Source of the DNA: Limnothrix sp. BL-A-16
Lineage (GTDB): Bacteria > Cyanobacteriota > Cyanobacteriia > CACIAM-69d
Length of the DNA stretch: 64,000 bases
Direction: 5' to 3'
NCBI GenBank assembly: GCA_041937175.2
Contig: CP166615.1
Coordinates: 2,464,001 to 2,528,000 of the forward strand
The notes under the pieces are model-generated. The model worked only from the letters and a program-made list of their open reading frames with translations, was not told the DNA's origin and did not search any database. Below are positions 21,107 through 31,147 of this stretch, piece by piece. Position numbers and translations under genes: made by a program. Numbering within the stretch: position 1 is the stretch's first letter; each line of letters starts with the position of its first letter.

Positions 21107-21535
21107 ATGGCCGAACCTCCCCCAGCATCTTCTTCAGAGTCATCGCCGAATGACTCCTCTAATCCTTTGTTAACTCATCGTGAATTGCCATCCCTTGCTG
21201 ACAGCATGGCAGCGCAGACCAAGCCCAAACACCTATCCCCGACGCGATCGCCCCCGAAAGCAACAGCCTCTCCCGCTGGCATTGCCGCTCCTCCGCCAGA
21301 ACAGAAACCAACCGCTCCATGGGTCATGTTTTTGGTGCGCTTTTTAGCAGGGGCATTGTTTGGGCCACTTTTAGCCATTACCTTGGGCATCGTTGGCGGT
21401 GCAACAACCGGCAGCAGCTTGCTCACTGTCATGATTGTGTCTGGCAGCATCATCGGTTTGCTATCGGCAGTTGGCGGAAAAAGCTTTTGGATGTTCCTAT
21501 CACGTTTTTTGCGGGTCATCTTTTTCATGCGTTGA
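21107..21535 (+). CDS. Hypothetical membrane protein with Pro/Ser-rich N-terminus and two TM helices
   Basis: ORF with a low-complexity N-terminus and hydrophobic C-terminal helices. Confidence 0.6.
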   Translation: MAEPPPASSSESSPNDSSNPLLTHRELPSLADSMAAQTKPKHLSPTRSPPKATASPAGIAAPPPEQKPTAPWVMFLVRFLAGALFGPLLAITLGIVGGATTGSSLLTVMIVSGSIIGLLSAVGGKSFWMFLSRFLRVIFFMR

Positions 21536-21584
21536 TCACCCTTCGCGATCATCAGGCTGTTTCTTTCACAAAAACAACGAACAG

Positions 21585-21688
21585 GTAGGGGCGTACCGCT
21601 GTACGCCCTCCGCCAGGGTCGATCGGTTGCCATGAGGGTGCTCTCGTGAATCTCGCATATCAGAGGGCGCATCGCCATGCGCCCCTAC
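21585..21688. repeat. Inverted REP doublet (REPIN-like) of GTAG REPs
   Basis: GTAGGGGCGTAC..GTACGCCCT followed by AGGGCGCAT..ATGCGCCCCTAC in inverted orientation. Confidence 0.75.
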
Positions 21689-22147
21689 GGGAATCGATCG
21701 GTTTTTGTCCGTCCTGCCGTCGTCTGCCCGTTGGGCGATCTGAGGAATTTCAGCCCAACAACGAGGTAATTTGGCCTAGCAAACCGTTGATGGCACTCGA
21801 TAGGCTGGGAAGAATTTGGGATATGGCCTGAAAAAAGCCAAGACGATTCATCCTCATCTCCCATACACCGCAATCCATGACGCATTCACGACAACCCCCG
21901 ATCGGTTGGGCGGCGCTCAATTCTCGGTGCATGGGAGCACAAATCAATCACTTTGTAACCATTGGGGCAGACTCCCATGCACCCTAAGGGCGTTTTGTGG
22001 GGGGTGCGAGCAGCGTCATAGCCCCATGGCCTCCAGGGTGAGATGTCGATGGTTTTGTAATCTAATTGTTGAGCAAATTTTCTTCGGCGGATTTTAAAAA
22101 TAGCCGCCTGTGCTCCTCGCCGGGGGAAAGGCTGGGTCGTTTCTGCC

Positions 22148-23545
22148 CTAGCGAGCTTGGGTGGCAGGAGCTTTCGGGGCAACATTGGGCTGAGGAGTCA
22201 TGGGTTGGTAGCGCTGGAGCGCTTGGTTCGCAAACTGGCGCAGCTGTTCAGCCTTGGCGTAGGCAGTGCTGGCCGGGTGAACGCGCTCTAGGTTGTTCTC
22301 GATCGCCTGGAGGATTCCCAGCAGTCGGGGGTTACTGGGATCGGCGGCGGCCAGGGTGCGCCAGCGGGCGATCTCTTCATCAGCTTGTTGCAAGTAGTCG
22401 ATCGACTGACGCTCCAAGGCCTCCCGCTGCTTGGCAATGGCCAGATTTTGCGCATATTCCGCCCGGAGCCGCTGGGCTTCTGCAAATTGCGGATCGTCAT
22501 CCTTAATTTGGTTCAACAGGGCCAAGGCCTCTTGCCACAGGTTTTGCACTACCCGCCACTGTTCCACCGGATGAGGGGGTTTTTGAGCGGCCAAGGCCGC
22601 CCGAAATCCATATTCCTTGGCCCCCGTGATCAGGCTGCCCACTTGTTGCCGCCCCACCGCCCGACCGGTGACCGATTGAAAATCCCGATCGATCCCAACC
22701 AATTTGGCGCGTGCTTGCCGCCCGGCCAAGGTTTCCTGGGGCACTTCCCGCAGGCGATCGATTCCCGATTGCCAATCACCGAGAGCCGCGTTTTGGGCGC
22801 TGCCGTCCTTGGCGCTTTGGTGCTGTTGGCGGGCTGTTTCCACCGTTGCCAAGGCCTGACTCAACAAGGCTTGGGCATTGCGCTCCTGAAACACCTGTGC
22901 TTCCAACCGGGCCACGGTTTTGCGGGCGGCGGCAAATTCATCCAACGAGAATCGCCACCGGCATGAAACCAGGCTGCAATAAACCTTAGGCCGAGACCCC
23001 AAAAACCAAACGGGCAGGCGATCGAGCGCCGCTTGGGCCGCTTGGGTCTTGGTGGCTCCCAGTTCAATATCGGCCGCACTGGTGGCATTGTCGAGCAATT
23101 GTTTGGCCTGGGCCGTGGCGGCGGTGGCGGCTCGATAATCTTGATCCATCATCCAAAAGCTGGGCAACAACAGCAATGGCGCGTTGTCTGCCACCACATT
23201 CCGAATTGGCGGCAATGGCAGGTTGGCCAGGGCAATCCCCCCCGTCGCCACCACCAGTCCCGCCAAACCACAGCCCCAAGATCCCCAACCCCAAAATCCC
23301 CAGCCCGTCTTAGGCTGGTTAAGGCGAGCGGCGGACTTGAGCAAGCCCAGATCAAAATCCGGGAAAGCATCACTCACAATCGCCCGTAGATCTTCAAAGC
23401 CGGCCGGCTCGCCAGACTGTAACCGCAACTTTTCTAACCGCTGCCACAGCACTTCCTTGGGAATCCGGGCGGCGGGTTGCTGTTGATAGCGGGCGCGAAT
23501 GGCTCCCTTCAGGAGTTGGTAAGCACGATCATTGAGGCGAGACAT
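22148..23545 (-). CDS. Hypothetical protein with one TM and helical TPR-like repeats
   Basis: 465 aa ORF; NLPLPPIR..V...APLLLLPS and repeated WQ.xI..L..(V/I) helices. Confidence 0.8.
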   Translation of the reverse strand: MSRLNDRAYQLLKGAIRARYQQQPAARIPKEVLWQRLEKLRLQSGEPAGFEDLRAIVSDAFPDFDLGLLKSAARLNQPKTGWGFWGWGSWGCGLAGLVVATGGIALANLPLPPIRNVVADNAPLLLLPSFWMMDQDYRAATAATAQAKQLLDNATSAADIELGATKTQAAQAALDRLPVWFLGSRPKVYCSLVSCRWRFSLDEFAAARKTVARLEAQVFQERNAQALLSQALATVETARQQHQSAKDGSAQNAALGDWQSGIDRLREVPQETLAGRQARAKLVGIDRDFQSVTGRAVGRQQVGSLITGAKEYGFRAALAAQKPPHPVEQWRVVQNLWQEALALLNQIKDDDPQFAEAQRLRAEYAQNLAIAKQREALERQSIDYLQQADEEIARWRTLAAADPSNPRLLGILQAIENNLERVHPASTAYAKAEQLRQFANQALQRYQPMTPQPNVAPKAPATQAR

Positions 23546-24488
23546 GATCCACGGGGTAGAAAGGGCCGATCGCGAGCAATGGTTGAACCCGATCGCGCTG
23601 TTAATCGCGGGCGTACTTTGGGGAAGTACCTATGTTGTTGTCAAGTCTAGTTTAGAGGCCGTTGCTCCAAGCATTTTGATGTTGGTGCGGTTTGGGATTG
23701 CCACGATTGCGTTGCTCCCGATCACCCTTTGGAGCGGTTTACCGAAAAATTCGGCCGCTTGGGCAGTCACTGGGCGTGGCGGCTTGGAATTAGGCTTCTG
23801 GATGGCCTTGGGCTATGTGGCTCACACGATCGCGCTGCAATACACCACGGCGGGGCGGAGCGCGTTTATCACCGCCCTCTATGTGGTGTTGGTTCCGTTG
23901 CTGACGGGCGTTGCGGGCCAGCGGCTGTTCCCTAAGGTTTGGTGGGCCGCAGCGATCGCGGCCTTGGGGGTGGCGTTGCTGTCCTACGATGGCGCGCCGC
24001 CCAACCTTGGGGATTTGTGGAGTGTGGGCACGGCCATCACTTGGTCTTTTTATATTTGGCGGATGGAGGCCTACGCAGCTCGGGCCCAAGTGTTGTGGCT
24101 GTCGTTGATTCAGTTGGGGATCACGACGCTGGCGGCGGCCCTGTGGGTGTGGGGGTCTTCGTTGGCGATTTCATCTGCCATTTGGAACCCCCAGACCATT
24201 CCTTGGCTAGATTTGGTCTATTTGGGAACCTTTGCCACGGCGGGCACGGCCTGGTTGCAGGCGATCGGCCAGCGATCGGTGGCGGCTCCGGTGGCGGCGA
24301 TTTTGTATACCTTGGAGCCGGTTTGGGCGGCCCTGATGGCGGCGGCTTGGTTGGGGGAACAGTTGGGCGATCGGGGCCTGGTGGGAGCGGCTCTGGTGCT
24401 GGGAGCTTGTTTGTTGTGCCAGCTTCCGGTGCGATCGCTGGGGCGGCAACTGGGCCGGGCGATCGTCTCAGTTTGGCATCGACCCTAA
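23544..24488 (+). CDS. DMT/EamA family transporter
   Basis: LWGSTYVVVK, RF.IA, GRSAFITALYVVLVP, GD, LEPVWAA; about 10 TM. Start codon uncertain. Confidence 0.9.
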   Translation: MIHGVERADREQWLNPIALLIAGVLWGSTYVVVKSSLEAVAPSILMLVRFGIATIALLPITLWSGLPKNSAAWAVTGRGGLELGFWMALGYVAHTIALQYTTAGRSAFITALYVVLVPLLTGVAGQRLFPKVWWAAAIAALGVALLSYDGAPPNLGDLWSVGTAITWSFYIWRMEAYAARAQVLWLSLIQLGITTLAAALWVWGSSLAISSAIWNPQTIPWLDLVYLGTFATAGTAWLQAIGQRSVAAPVAAILYTLEPVWAALMAAAWLGEQLGDRGLVGAALVLGACLLCQLPVRSLGRQLGRAIVSVWHRP

Positions 24489-24517
24489 CTGTTGATTAAC
24501 CCCTTGTCCGAAACGAG

Positions 24518-24563
24518 CAAAAAACAGAGCGGGGACATAGGCTCACCTCCCTTGTCCCCGCTC
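24518..24563 (-). terminator. Intrinsic terminator of rpsU
   Basis: GAGCGGGGACA / TGTCCCCGCTC stem with an A-run on the left (U-tail on the minus strand). Confidence 0.7.
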
Positions 24564-24589
24564 AATACGGTGCAATTGCTCAAAAAACT

Positions 24590-24769
24590 TTACCGATAAC
24601 GGCGCTTCCGGCGGGCAGCAGCGGCCTTACGCTTGCGCTTTTCGATCGGGGTTTCATAGTACCGGCGATATTTCACGTCCGCCAAGATACCGGCTTTCGA
24701 GACTTGGCGCTTGAAACGGCGTAGCGCGGATTCGATTCCTTCGTTTTCACCCAAAACCACTTGGGTCAT
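24590..24769 (-). CDS. rpsU: 30S ribosomal protein S21 (59 aa, below the ORF-track cutoff)
   Basis: Hand translation [67 protein letters not shown]. Confidence 0.97.
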   Translation of the reverse strand: MTQVVLGENEGIESALRRFKRQVSKAGILADVKYRRYYETPIEKRKRKAAAARRKRRYR

Positions 24770-24954
24770 GCGGTTTCACTCCTTGCGATAGGTGGACAAA
24801 ATACGGCGCACAGGCCCAAAGGCATGACGCTGACTCTTTTGGGGCGAATTGGACGCTGGCAAAAGAGGGCGATCGCTAAGAAAATCGCCAAATATCTATC
24901 GTACCAAATGGAACCACTTTGGGCGGAATCGTTTGCGGGAGTTGTGGCCGGGTG

Positions 24955-25443
24955 CTAACCGCCAAGCCACTGACCCAGGGGCGATCGGCTCCAGGCCAGG
25001 GCTGCCGCGCCGCTGCTCCACAGGCCATAGAGTCGGGCGCTGTACCAAACCAGCCCGAGAATCAGCAGCCCGCGCCCGATCGCCCGCCGAAGCGATCGCC
25101 CGATCGGCCAGACCAGTCGCCGTCGTGCCCGTAGTTCCACAGTCCATTGCAATCCCAGACCCAGTAAGACCCCAAACAACAGAGGGCCGAAGGGATGGTA
25201 GCCGATCGCCCCCGGCCAGTCCCCCCGGGCGATCGCCACGAACGATCGGGTCAAGCCGCAGCCGGGACAGGGCAACCCCGTCAACCAGTGAAAGGGACAG
25301 ACCAGCGGCGAAGTTTGGTGACTGCGGGCCAGCCAGTGGGCCGCAACGATCGGGGAGGCCACCAGCGACAGGCCGATCAACCGATGCTGGCGATCGGCGG
25401 GGGCGAGGGGACGGTGAACCAACAGCGGTCGTTGCATCATCAA
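24955..25443 (-). CDS. DUF2752 family membrane protein
   Basis: CPFHWLTGLPCPGCGLTRSF...YHPFG. Confidence 0.9.
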   Translation of the reverse strand: MMMQRPLLVHRPLAPADRQHRLIGLSLVASPIVAAHWLARSHQTSPLVCPFHWLTGLPCPGCGLTRSFVAIARGDWPGAIGYHPFGPLLFGVLLGLGLQWTVELRARRRLVWPIGRSLRRAIGRGLLILGLVWYSARLYGLWSSGAAALAWSRSPLGQWLGG

Positions 25444-25644
25444 GCGAGGTTAATCAACAATCGGGTTTTCAGGAATTGGGTTCTCAGGAATTGGGTCGAT
25501 CGCGATCGCCTGTGGGCGCGGCTGGTGGAAAGAGTCCATGGCCAGCATCAACCCAACCAATCAGCCCAAGGTTTAGCAGCGGCTGATCCGGTGCGACGAT
25601 ATTAGGCGATAGCTTTCAGAGATCTTGAGCATAAGGGTAGGGTC

Positions 25645-27012
25645 ATGGGCAACGGCTTAGGAACGATCGCGCCATTTTCTTTGCAGGAAGTGGCCCACAT
25701 CACGGGAGCAACGATCCAGCACTTACCCGATCGCGCCTTGGCCCAGCCGATCGCCCAAATCAGCACCGATAGCCGTGCGATCGGCTCAGGGGAGCTGTTT
25801 GTGGCCCTGCGGGGGGCAAATTTTGACGGTCGGGCCTTTGTGCCGGGGGCGATCGCGGCGGGGGCCGTGGCGGCGATCGTTGAGGAGCCGATCGCGGAGC
25901 CGTTGCCCCAACTGATTGTGCCCAATGCGCTGGCGGCCTATCAGGCCCTGGGACGGGCCTGGCGCGATCGGGCAGCCATCCCCGTCGTGGGCGTGACCGG
26001 TTCGGCGGGCAAAACCACCACCAAGGAGCTGATCGCCGCCGTCCTGGGCACAGCGGGTCTAGTTCACAAAACCCACGCCAACTTCAACAACGAAATTGGT
26101 GTGCCCAAAACCCTTTTGCAAATCACCGGAGCGCATGATTTCGCCGTGGTGGAGTTGGCCATGCGCGGTCGGGGACAAATTGCCGAGCTAACCCAAATCA
26201 CTCGCCCAACTGTGGGGCTGATCACCAACGTGGGCACGGCCCACATTGGGTTGCTGGGGTCGGAACAGGCGATCGCGGAGGCCAAGTGCGAACTGCTGAC
26301 GGAAATGCCGATCGACAGTGTGGCGGTGTTGAATGCCGACTGTGCCCGGCTGATGGAGACAGCCAGCCGCCTCTGGCCGGGGGAAGTGATTGACTACGGC
26401 TTTGCCAACGGAACCTTTCGCGGTGAATTGCTGGATGCCCAAACCTTGCGCGTGGAAGGCAAAACCTTTCCCTTGCCGCTACCCGGTCGCCACAATGCCC
26501 TCAATTTTCTGGGTGCTTTGGCCGTGGCCAAAGTGTTGGGAGTGGATTGGGAGCCGATCGCGGCGGGCTTGACGGTGGAATTACCCGATGGGCGGGCCCG
26601 TCGCCACGATTTACCCAATGGGGTGACCCTGTTGGATGAAACCTACAACGCTGGTTTGGAATCGATGACAGCGGCTCTGTACCTGTTGGCGGAAACACCG
26701 GGGCAGCGGCGGTTAGCGGTTTTGGGAACCATGAAGGAATTGGGCGATCGCGCTCCCGAGTTCCATCAACAGGTGGGCGAGTTGGCCCGAGATTTACGCC
26801 TAGAGGGCCTGTTGATTTTGGCCGATGACCCCACGGCCTTGCATATCGCGGCGGGGGCCGAGGGCATTCCCTGCGAAACCTTCACCACCCATGAGGCGCT
26901 GATCGATCGCCTGCAAGGGGAGTTGCGATCGGGGGATGTGTGGCTCCTGAAGGCTTCCCGATCAGTTGGCCTCGATCGCGTGGTGCGGGCCCTGTTGACT
27001 CCGAATCGCTAA
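25645..27012 (+). CDS. murF: UDP-MurNAc-tripeptide--D-Ala-D-Ala ligase
   Basis: TDSR, GVTGSAGKTTTKE, NFNNEIGVP, ETYNA, LKASR. Confidence 0.97.
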   Translation: MGNGLGTIAPFSLQEVAHITGATIQHLPDRALAQPIAQISTDSRAIGSGELFVALRGANFDGRAFVPGAIAAGAVAAIVEEPIAEPLPQLIVPNALAAYQALGRAWRDRAAIPVVGVTGSAGKTTTKELIAAVLGTAGLVHKTHANFNNEIGVPKTLLQITGAHDFAVVELAMRGRGQIAELTQITRPTVGLITNVGTAHIGLLGSEQAIAEAKCELLTEMPIDSVAVLNADCARLMETASRLWPGEVIDYGFANGTFRGELLDAQTLRVEGKTFPLPLPGRHNALNFLGALAVAKVLGVDWEPIAAGLTVELPDGRARRHDLPNGVTLLDETYNAGLESMTAALYLLAETPGQRRLAVLGTMKELGDRAPEFHQQVGELARDLRLEGLLILADDPTALHIAAGAEGIPCETFTTHEALIDRLQGELRSGDVWLLKASRSVGLDRVVRALLTPNR

Positions 27013-27054
27013 ACCAACTGGGCCAAGGGCTAATTAACAGCTAAATTTCCAAGC

Positions 27055-27729
27055 TCAGGGCTTCGGGGGTTCCAAGCGCAGATCCAGGGCGATCGCCCCT
27101 CGCTGGCTCACCCCCGCCGCACGCGCTTCTAACCAGTTGGCACAAAGACCATAGGCATTGGTAAAGTCAGCCCCTGCTAAATTAGCCCCCTGGCCGTTCA
27201 CCTCTTCCAAATTGGCTCCGGTTAAGCTGGCTCCGGCCAAATCGGCCTGGCTTAAATCCGCCCCCTGCAATTGGGCTTGGCTGAGGTTGGCTCCCCGCAA
27301 GTCGGCTCCTCGCAAATCCGCGCCCCGCAGATTGGCTCCGGCGAGGTTAGCCCCGCTCAGAACTGCCCCGATCGCCATGGCCCGAGTCAGGTTCGCCCCC
27401 ATCAGGATGGCTCCCCGAAAATTAGCCCCCCGCAGATCCGCTTCCGCAAAATCCGCCTGGGTTAAATTAGCCCCCACCCAAATTCCCCGGGCGATCGCCC
27501 CAGTGGCTTGCAGTCCCACCCCATTCACACCCGAGAGCACCGCCCGGTTTAAGCAAGCGTGGCGCAGGTCTGCTCCGGTCAAAATGGCTCCCACCAACCG
27601 ACTTTGGCTCAGATCCGCCCTGGATAGCTGGGCCTCTTCCAAGTCCGCACCCGTCAGATCCCGATCGGCTAACTGCAAAAGCTGACCATCGCGAATGGCA
27701 TCCAAATCAAGCGGGAAAAGACTAGTCAT
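27055..27729 (-). CDS. Pentapeptide-repeat protein
   Basis: Continuous A(D/N)LxG repeats. Confidence 0.92.
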   Translation of the reverse strand: MTSLFPLDLDAIRDGQLLQLADRDLTGADLEEAQLSRADLSQSRLVGAILTGADLRHACLNRAVLSGVNGVGLQATGAIARGIWVGANLTQADFAEADLRGANFRGAILMGANLTRAMAIGAVLSGANLAGANLRGADLRGADLRGANLSQAQLQGADLSQADLAGASLTGANLEEVNGQGANLAGADFTNAYGLCANWLEARAAGVSQRGAIALDLRLEPPKP

Positions 27730-27775
27730 AGCACCGGTCAACCTGAAAGTGATGGAGTTGAGCAGGGAGCATCAT

Positions 27776-29098
27776 TTAGGCGATCGCCCCCTCGTCCAAT
27801 AGCCAGAGGCCCGAGGAAGCTCGCAGCGACATCTGTGGCAATTCCCAGCCCTGTTGCAATCCCTGAGCCAATAGGGTCAAAGCTTCCAGCAGCTTTGGAT
27901 CCCAGCGCCCTGACTGATCGCGGTAGTGCTGCAAAATTTCGTCCGGCTGCTCACCGCGCGATCGACGGTGCTGGAAGTCGGCACAAAGGGCCACCACTCG
28001 CGACTCCAGCGGAATGGCATCCCCCGCCAAACCCGAAGGCTGTCCGGAACCGTCCCAATGCTCCGTCAGATGGTTCAAGATGTGGGCGATCGGGCGCAAG
28101 CGCGGCATCACTCGCAACACCTGCACCGCACTGAGATCGCAACAATCGGCGGATGGGTCAGCCAGCCCTTCACGCCAAACGGTGGGCCAACGGCCCAAGC
28201 GATGGAGCGCGGCGGCCAACCGCATTCGTTTGAGTTGGGCCGCTGGCAAATCCAGCAGTTGCCCGATCGCCTCCGTCAGCGCCGCCACCGCCGCCGCCGA
28301 TCCGGAACTTTGCCCATCGGACAACTCCAACAGTTCCGCTAATCGCAAAAATGCCTGTAATTCATTGGAAACCAGGTTTTGATCCAGCGGGGCCCCCACT
28401 GCAAAGCCCAATTGCCCCGGTTGCAATTCCGGGTGGCGATGTTGATGGGTGGCTTGCAAGTAGTTCACCACCTGCTGGGTGATGGTTAACCAGTCTTCTC
28501 CTGGGGCCGTGGCCTGCGCTTGGGCCACCGCTGCCAATTGCCGCTGGAGCTGTTCTGCCAGGGCTGGTTGATAGCGAGCCACCCGTTCCACCAGCAAGGC
28601 CGCACCGCGATCGACCCACTGGGGCACAAAAGTCCACAAACCATAGAACTTGCGCTCTAAGTCCGATTGGGGCGGCCCTTCGGGGCCATAGTCCGCCGCC
28701 GTCAATTCCTGACAAAGCACCATGGCACAGTAGGACGGCGACACGATGGTTAAGTGCCATTCTTGGGCGACCGGATCCGTGGGACTGAGGGGCACGATCG
28801 CCACGTTTGATCGCTGGCTGGTGGAATGCTCCGTAAACCCCGCATCCGGCGCAGCTAGAATCACAATTTGGCGCGATCGATCCGCCAACTGCCCATAGCG
28901 ATCGGCCTCTTGCAAATACCACTTACCCAGTTGAAATGCCGCCAGCACCACCGGCCGGCCCTGGGATTGGGCGATCGCATCTTCCAAGGCATGGCACAGG
29001 GCCACGAGCGTATTTTTGTAATAAACCCCCAAGTGGAGCGTTGCCCCTTCCACTCGGGCCAAATCCGTTAATTGCTTCAGAATCGATTCAGGTAACAC
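27776..29098 (-). CDS. DICT sensory domain plus degenerate HD-GYP-like domain protein
   Basis: YYKNTLVALCHALED..FQ.GKWY..EW (DICT); C-terminal LHRLG...EHWDGSGQP..IPLESR..WDP. Confidence 0.85.
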   Translation of the reverse strand: MLPESILKQLTDLARVEGATLHLGVYYKNTLVALCHALEDAIAQSQGRPVVLAAFQLGKWYLQEADRYGQLADRSRQIVILAAPDAGFTEHSTSQRSNVAIVPLSPTDPVAQEWHLTIVSPSYCAMVLCQELTAADYGPEGPPQSDLERKFYGLWTFVPQWVDRGAALLVERVARYQPALAEQLQRQLAAVAQAQATAPGEDWLTITQQVVNYLQATHQHRHPELQPGQLGFAVGAPLDQNLVSNELQAFLRLAELLELSDGQSSGSAAAVAALTEAIGQLLDLPAAQLKRMRLAAALHRLGRWPTVWREGLADPSADCCDLSAVQVLRVMPRLRPIAHILNHLTEHWDGSGQPSGLAGDAIPLESRVVALCADFQHRRSRGEQPDEILQHYRDQSGRWDPKLLEALTLLAQGLQQGWELPQMSLRASSGLWLLDEGAIA

Positions 29099-29400
29099 AA
29101 GCGATTAACTACAAGCGAGGGATGAGGGCGATCGAAATTGGGACGATCGGGCAATGGCGGCATTACCAGCCCAACAGTCCTTCATTCTCGCCTATTTCCA
29201 GGCCCCGGCTTGCGGCCAACCGCAAAGAACCATCATCAGCCCATTGCCATCTTGACCTCATCATCATCAGCATTTTCGCCCAACGGCAGCGATCTCCGCG
29301 TTCGATCGCCCGCCAGACTTTTGCAACTTTTTTAAAGATTTGATGAAGACGGTAGCCAAAAACTTGTCGAATCCCCTGCTCCTAGGGAATAATCAGGACA

Positions 29401-29570
29401 GCAACTCAGGCGAGAGAACAGAGATGCTGACGCTCTCTTGAGTTTGTTTTCGCTCTTACTCTCGTCTTGAATGGCTGACGAGCAACCGAAAGTTGCGTTC
29501 GCAGTCCTAGCTCAGACTTACCTAAAACCTTAACCGTTAAGGCAGGTCAGCGCAGGGATTTACCAAGTAA
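29401..29570 (+). ncRNA. ssrS: Probable 6S RNA
   Basis: Non-coding and preceded by TTGTCG-N18-AATAAT. Rod-like end-to-end pairing (GCTGAC/GTCAGC; TGAGTTTG/CAGACTTA) around a central bubble, with internal hairpins CTCGTC/GACGAG and GCAAC/GTTGC. Resembles cyanobacterial 6S from memory; ends approximate. Confidence 0.7.
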
Positions 29571-29642
29571 GGCTTGATGGGTTACGGGGGTAGCTCACTG
29601 GCCGGTGGTTCCGCAAAGGCCCGATTTGACAAAGATTTCGAT

Positions 29643-29747
29643 AAAAAAATCGGAATCGCGAGGGGGGAAGGCGACTCCGAATTCGTCTACGTCTTTTGGG
29701 AGGAAAACTTGAGGGCTACTTGAACGTGGCCCTTTGGCTTTCGCTCT
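29643..29747 (-). ncRNA. Candidate ~105 nt sRNA
   Basis: Extended -10 TGcTAATAT at 29762-29754, a single-stranded TTTTCCTCCCAAAA, and terminator CGGAGTCGC/GCGATTCCG followed by a T7 run. Confidence 0.5.
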
Positions 29748-30070
29748 AGTTGGATATTAGCATTTCACGCAGCAAAAGTTTAGTCTTCTTGTAGAATTTT
29801 TACCAATTCTGGATGAGGTACGGGCTAAACAGCCTCCCAATCACCGAAATTGGGGCTTTACAGCCTGAAAATTGGAGCCGCCAGCCAGGAAGCGCGATCC
29901 GGCTCGGTGATCCGGAGCAGAGCGTTGAAACAAGTCCTTGGACGCAAATCGGAGATGGTGCGGGGGTGTGATAAGACACACCCAGCCCCTTACCCCCACG
30001 ATGGTTGGTAATTGGCGAGTGTCTCAGGATGCTTTTGGGTATCTCCTCAGCTCAGCATTGGCGATTCAGC

Positions 30071-30802
30071 TTAGGGAGCCGGTGACCCTTGGGGCGTGGG
30101 CACTGAGGTAGTGCTCAAGACTTTTTGGGTTTTTAGATCCAACTCTGCCACATTCAACACTTGGTCACGGGTGTAAAACACCGAAAAGCGCTGATCTTTC
30201 ACCCCCGATGCGCCGTGAAACTCATCCACATTCTCGATGAGCAATGCAAAGCGTTCACCATTGGCATCGGAAATCGCCAGTGTTTTGCGATCTTTCTCGG
30301 TCAGGCGGCGATCCTGGTTGCTGTCGGTTGTAATGACTAGATAAACGAACCCAACCGGCGTTGTGACTGGAGGATCCGTGGGCTTGGCAGGAGCGACTAA
30401 AAGTTTTTCATCTATCAAAATCAGTCCCCGATCGGGTGGTTTGAGCCAATAGGTTTGACGGGTCAGCTCGTTAAAAAAGAGATAGTTCTGTAGGGAATCT
30501 GCTTCTTTGGAATAGGAGGAGCTGCCGAATCCACGACTTTGGTCATAATCCTGGGTTAGGTGCAGCGGTGCGCGTAAGGTGCTGGTTCCCTCGATTCGTG
30601 CAAAATTTCCCAATCGGGTTCGGGTCGCCATCGATTGGCTTTGGTCAATGTTCATGACTTGTGCAGCCGGGCGTGATCGCGCGTCGTAGGCCAGCATTGA
30701 GATCAAGGCCAACCCCATTAAGCCCAAAGAGAGCAGACCACCCAACAGAATAATGACCGCATTTACACGCCAGATTTGGACAAAAATTTGCCGAAGTTTC
30801 AT
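30071..30802 (-). CDS. Hypothetical protein with N-terminal TM anchor and DxNxDxxL motif
   Basis: 243 aa; hydrophobic N-terminus; DSNQDRRLTEKD. Confidence 0.75.
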   Translation of the reverse strand: MKLRQIFVQIWRVNAVIILLGGLLSLGLMGLALISMLAYDARSRPAAQVMNIDQSQSMATRTRLGNFARIEGTSTLRAPLHLTQDYDQSRGFGSSSYSKEADSLQNYLFFNELTRQTYWLKPPDRGLILIDEKLLVAPAKPTDPPVTTPVGFVYLVITTDSNQDRRLTEKDRKTLAISDANGERFALLIENVDEFHGASGVKDQRFSVFYTRDQVLNVAELDLKTQKVLSTTSVPTPQGSPAP

Positions 30803-31122
30803 AGGAAATAGAAGCAAGGTTTAAAGTCAGCCGATCGAGTCAGCGCCGAGCCAACATCCAGGCGAGGGCGAGCTAGGGATTAAGCTAGCCAAGGCCCTCA
30901 ACCTAGATTTTATAGATAATCAGGATCTGCCAGATTCAAGCATCGGCCACTTTTTCTCATCATCGATCGTCCATGATGGTCAGTTCATGGCCAATTAATG
31001 ACTCATAAAATGATCATGATTTGCCAAGCTTTAGGTGCAACTCTCTGCCTAGAACTCAACCCGTGAAACCCATTCGATCCTCAAAATAGGTTTTTGCTGC
31101 TCAAGATTGCAGAAGACAGGCA

Positions 31123-31147
31123 TAAAAAAATCCCCCAAAGGAGGATT
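31123..31147 (-). terminator. Intrinsic terminator
   Basis: Minus strand AATCCTCC-TTT-GGGGGATT followed by a T run. Confidence 0.55.

Noticed and set aside
21690..22140. Short ORFs in the gap before the 465 aa gene
   Set aside because: Several overlapping short ORFs with no recognisable features or RBS; none can be supported.
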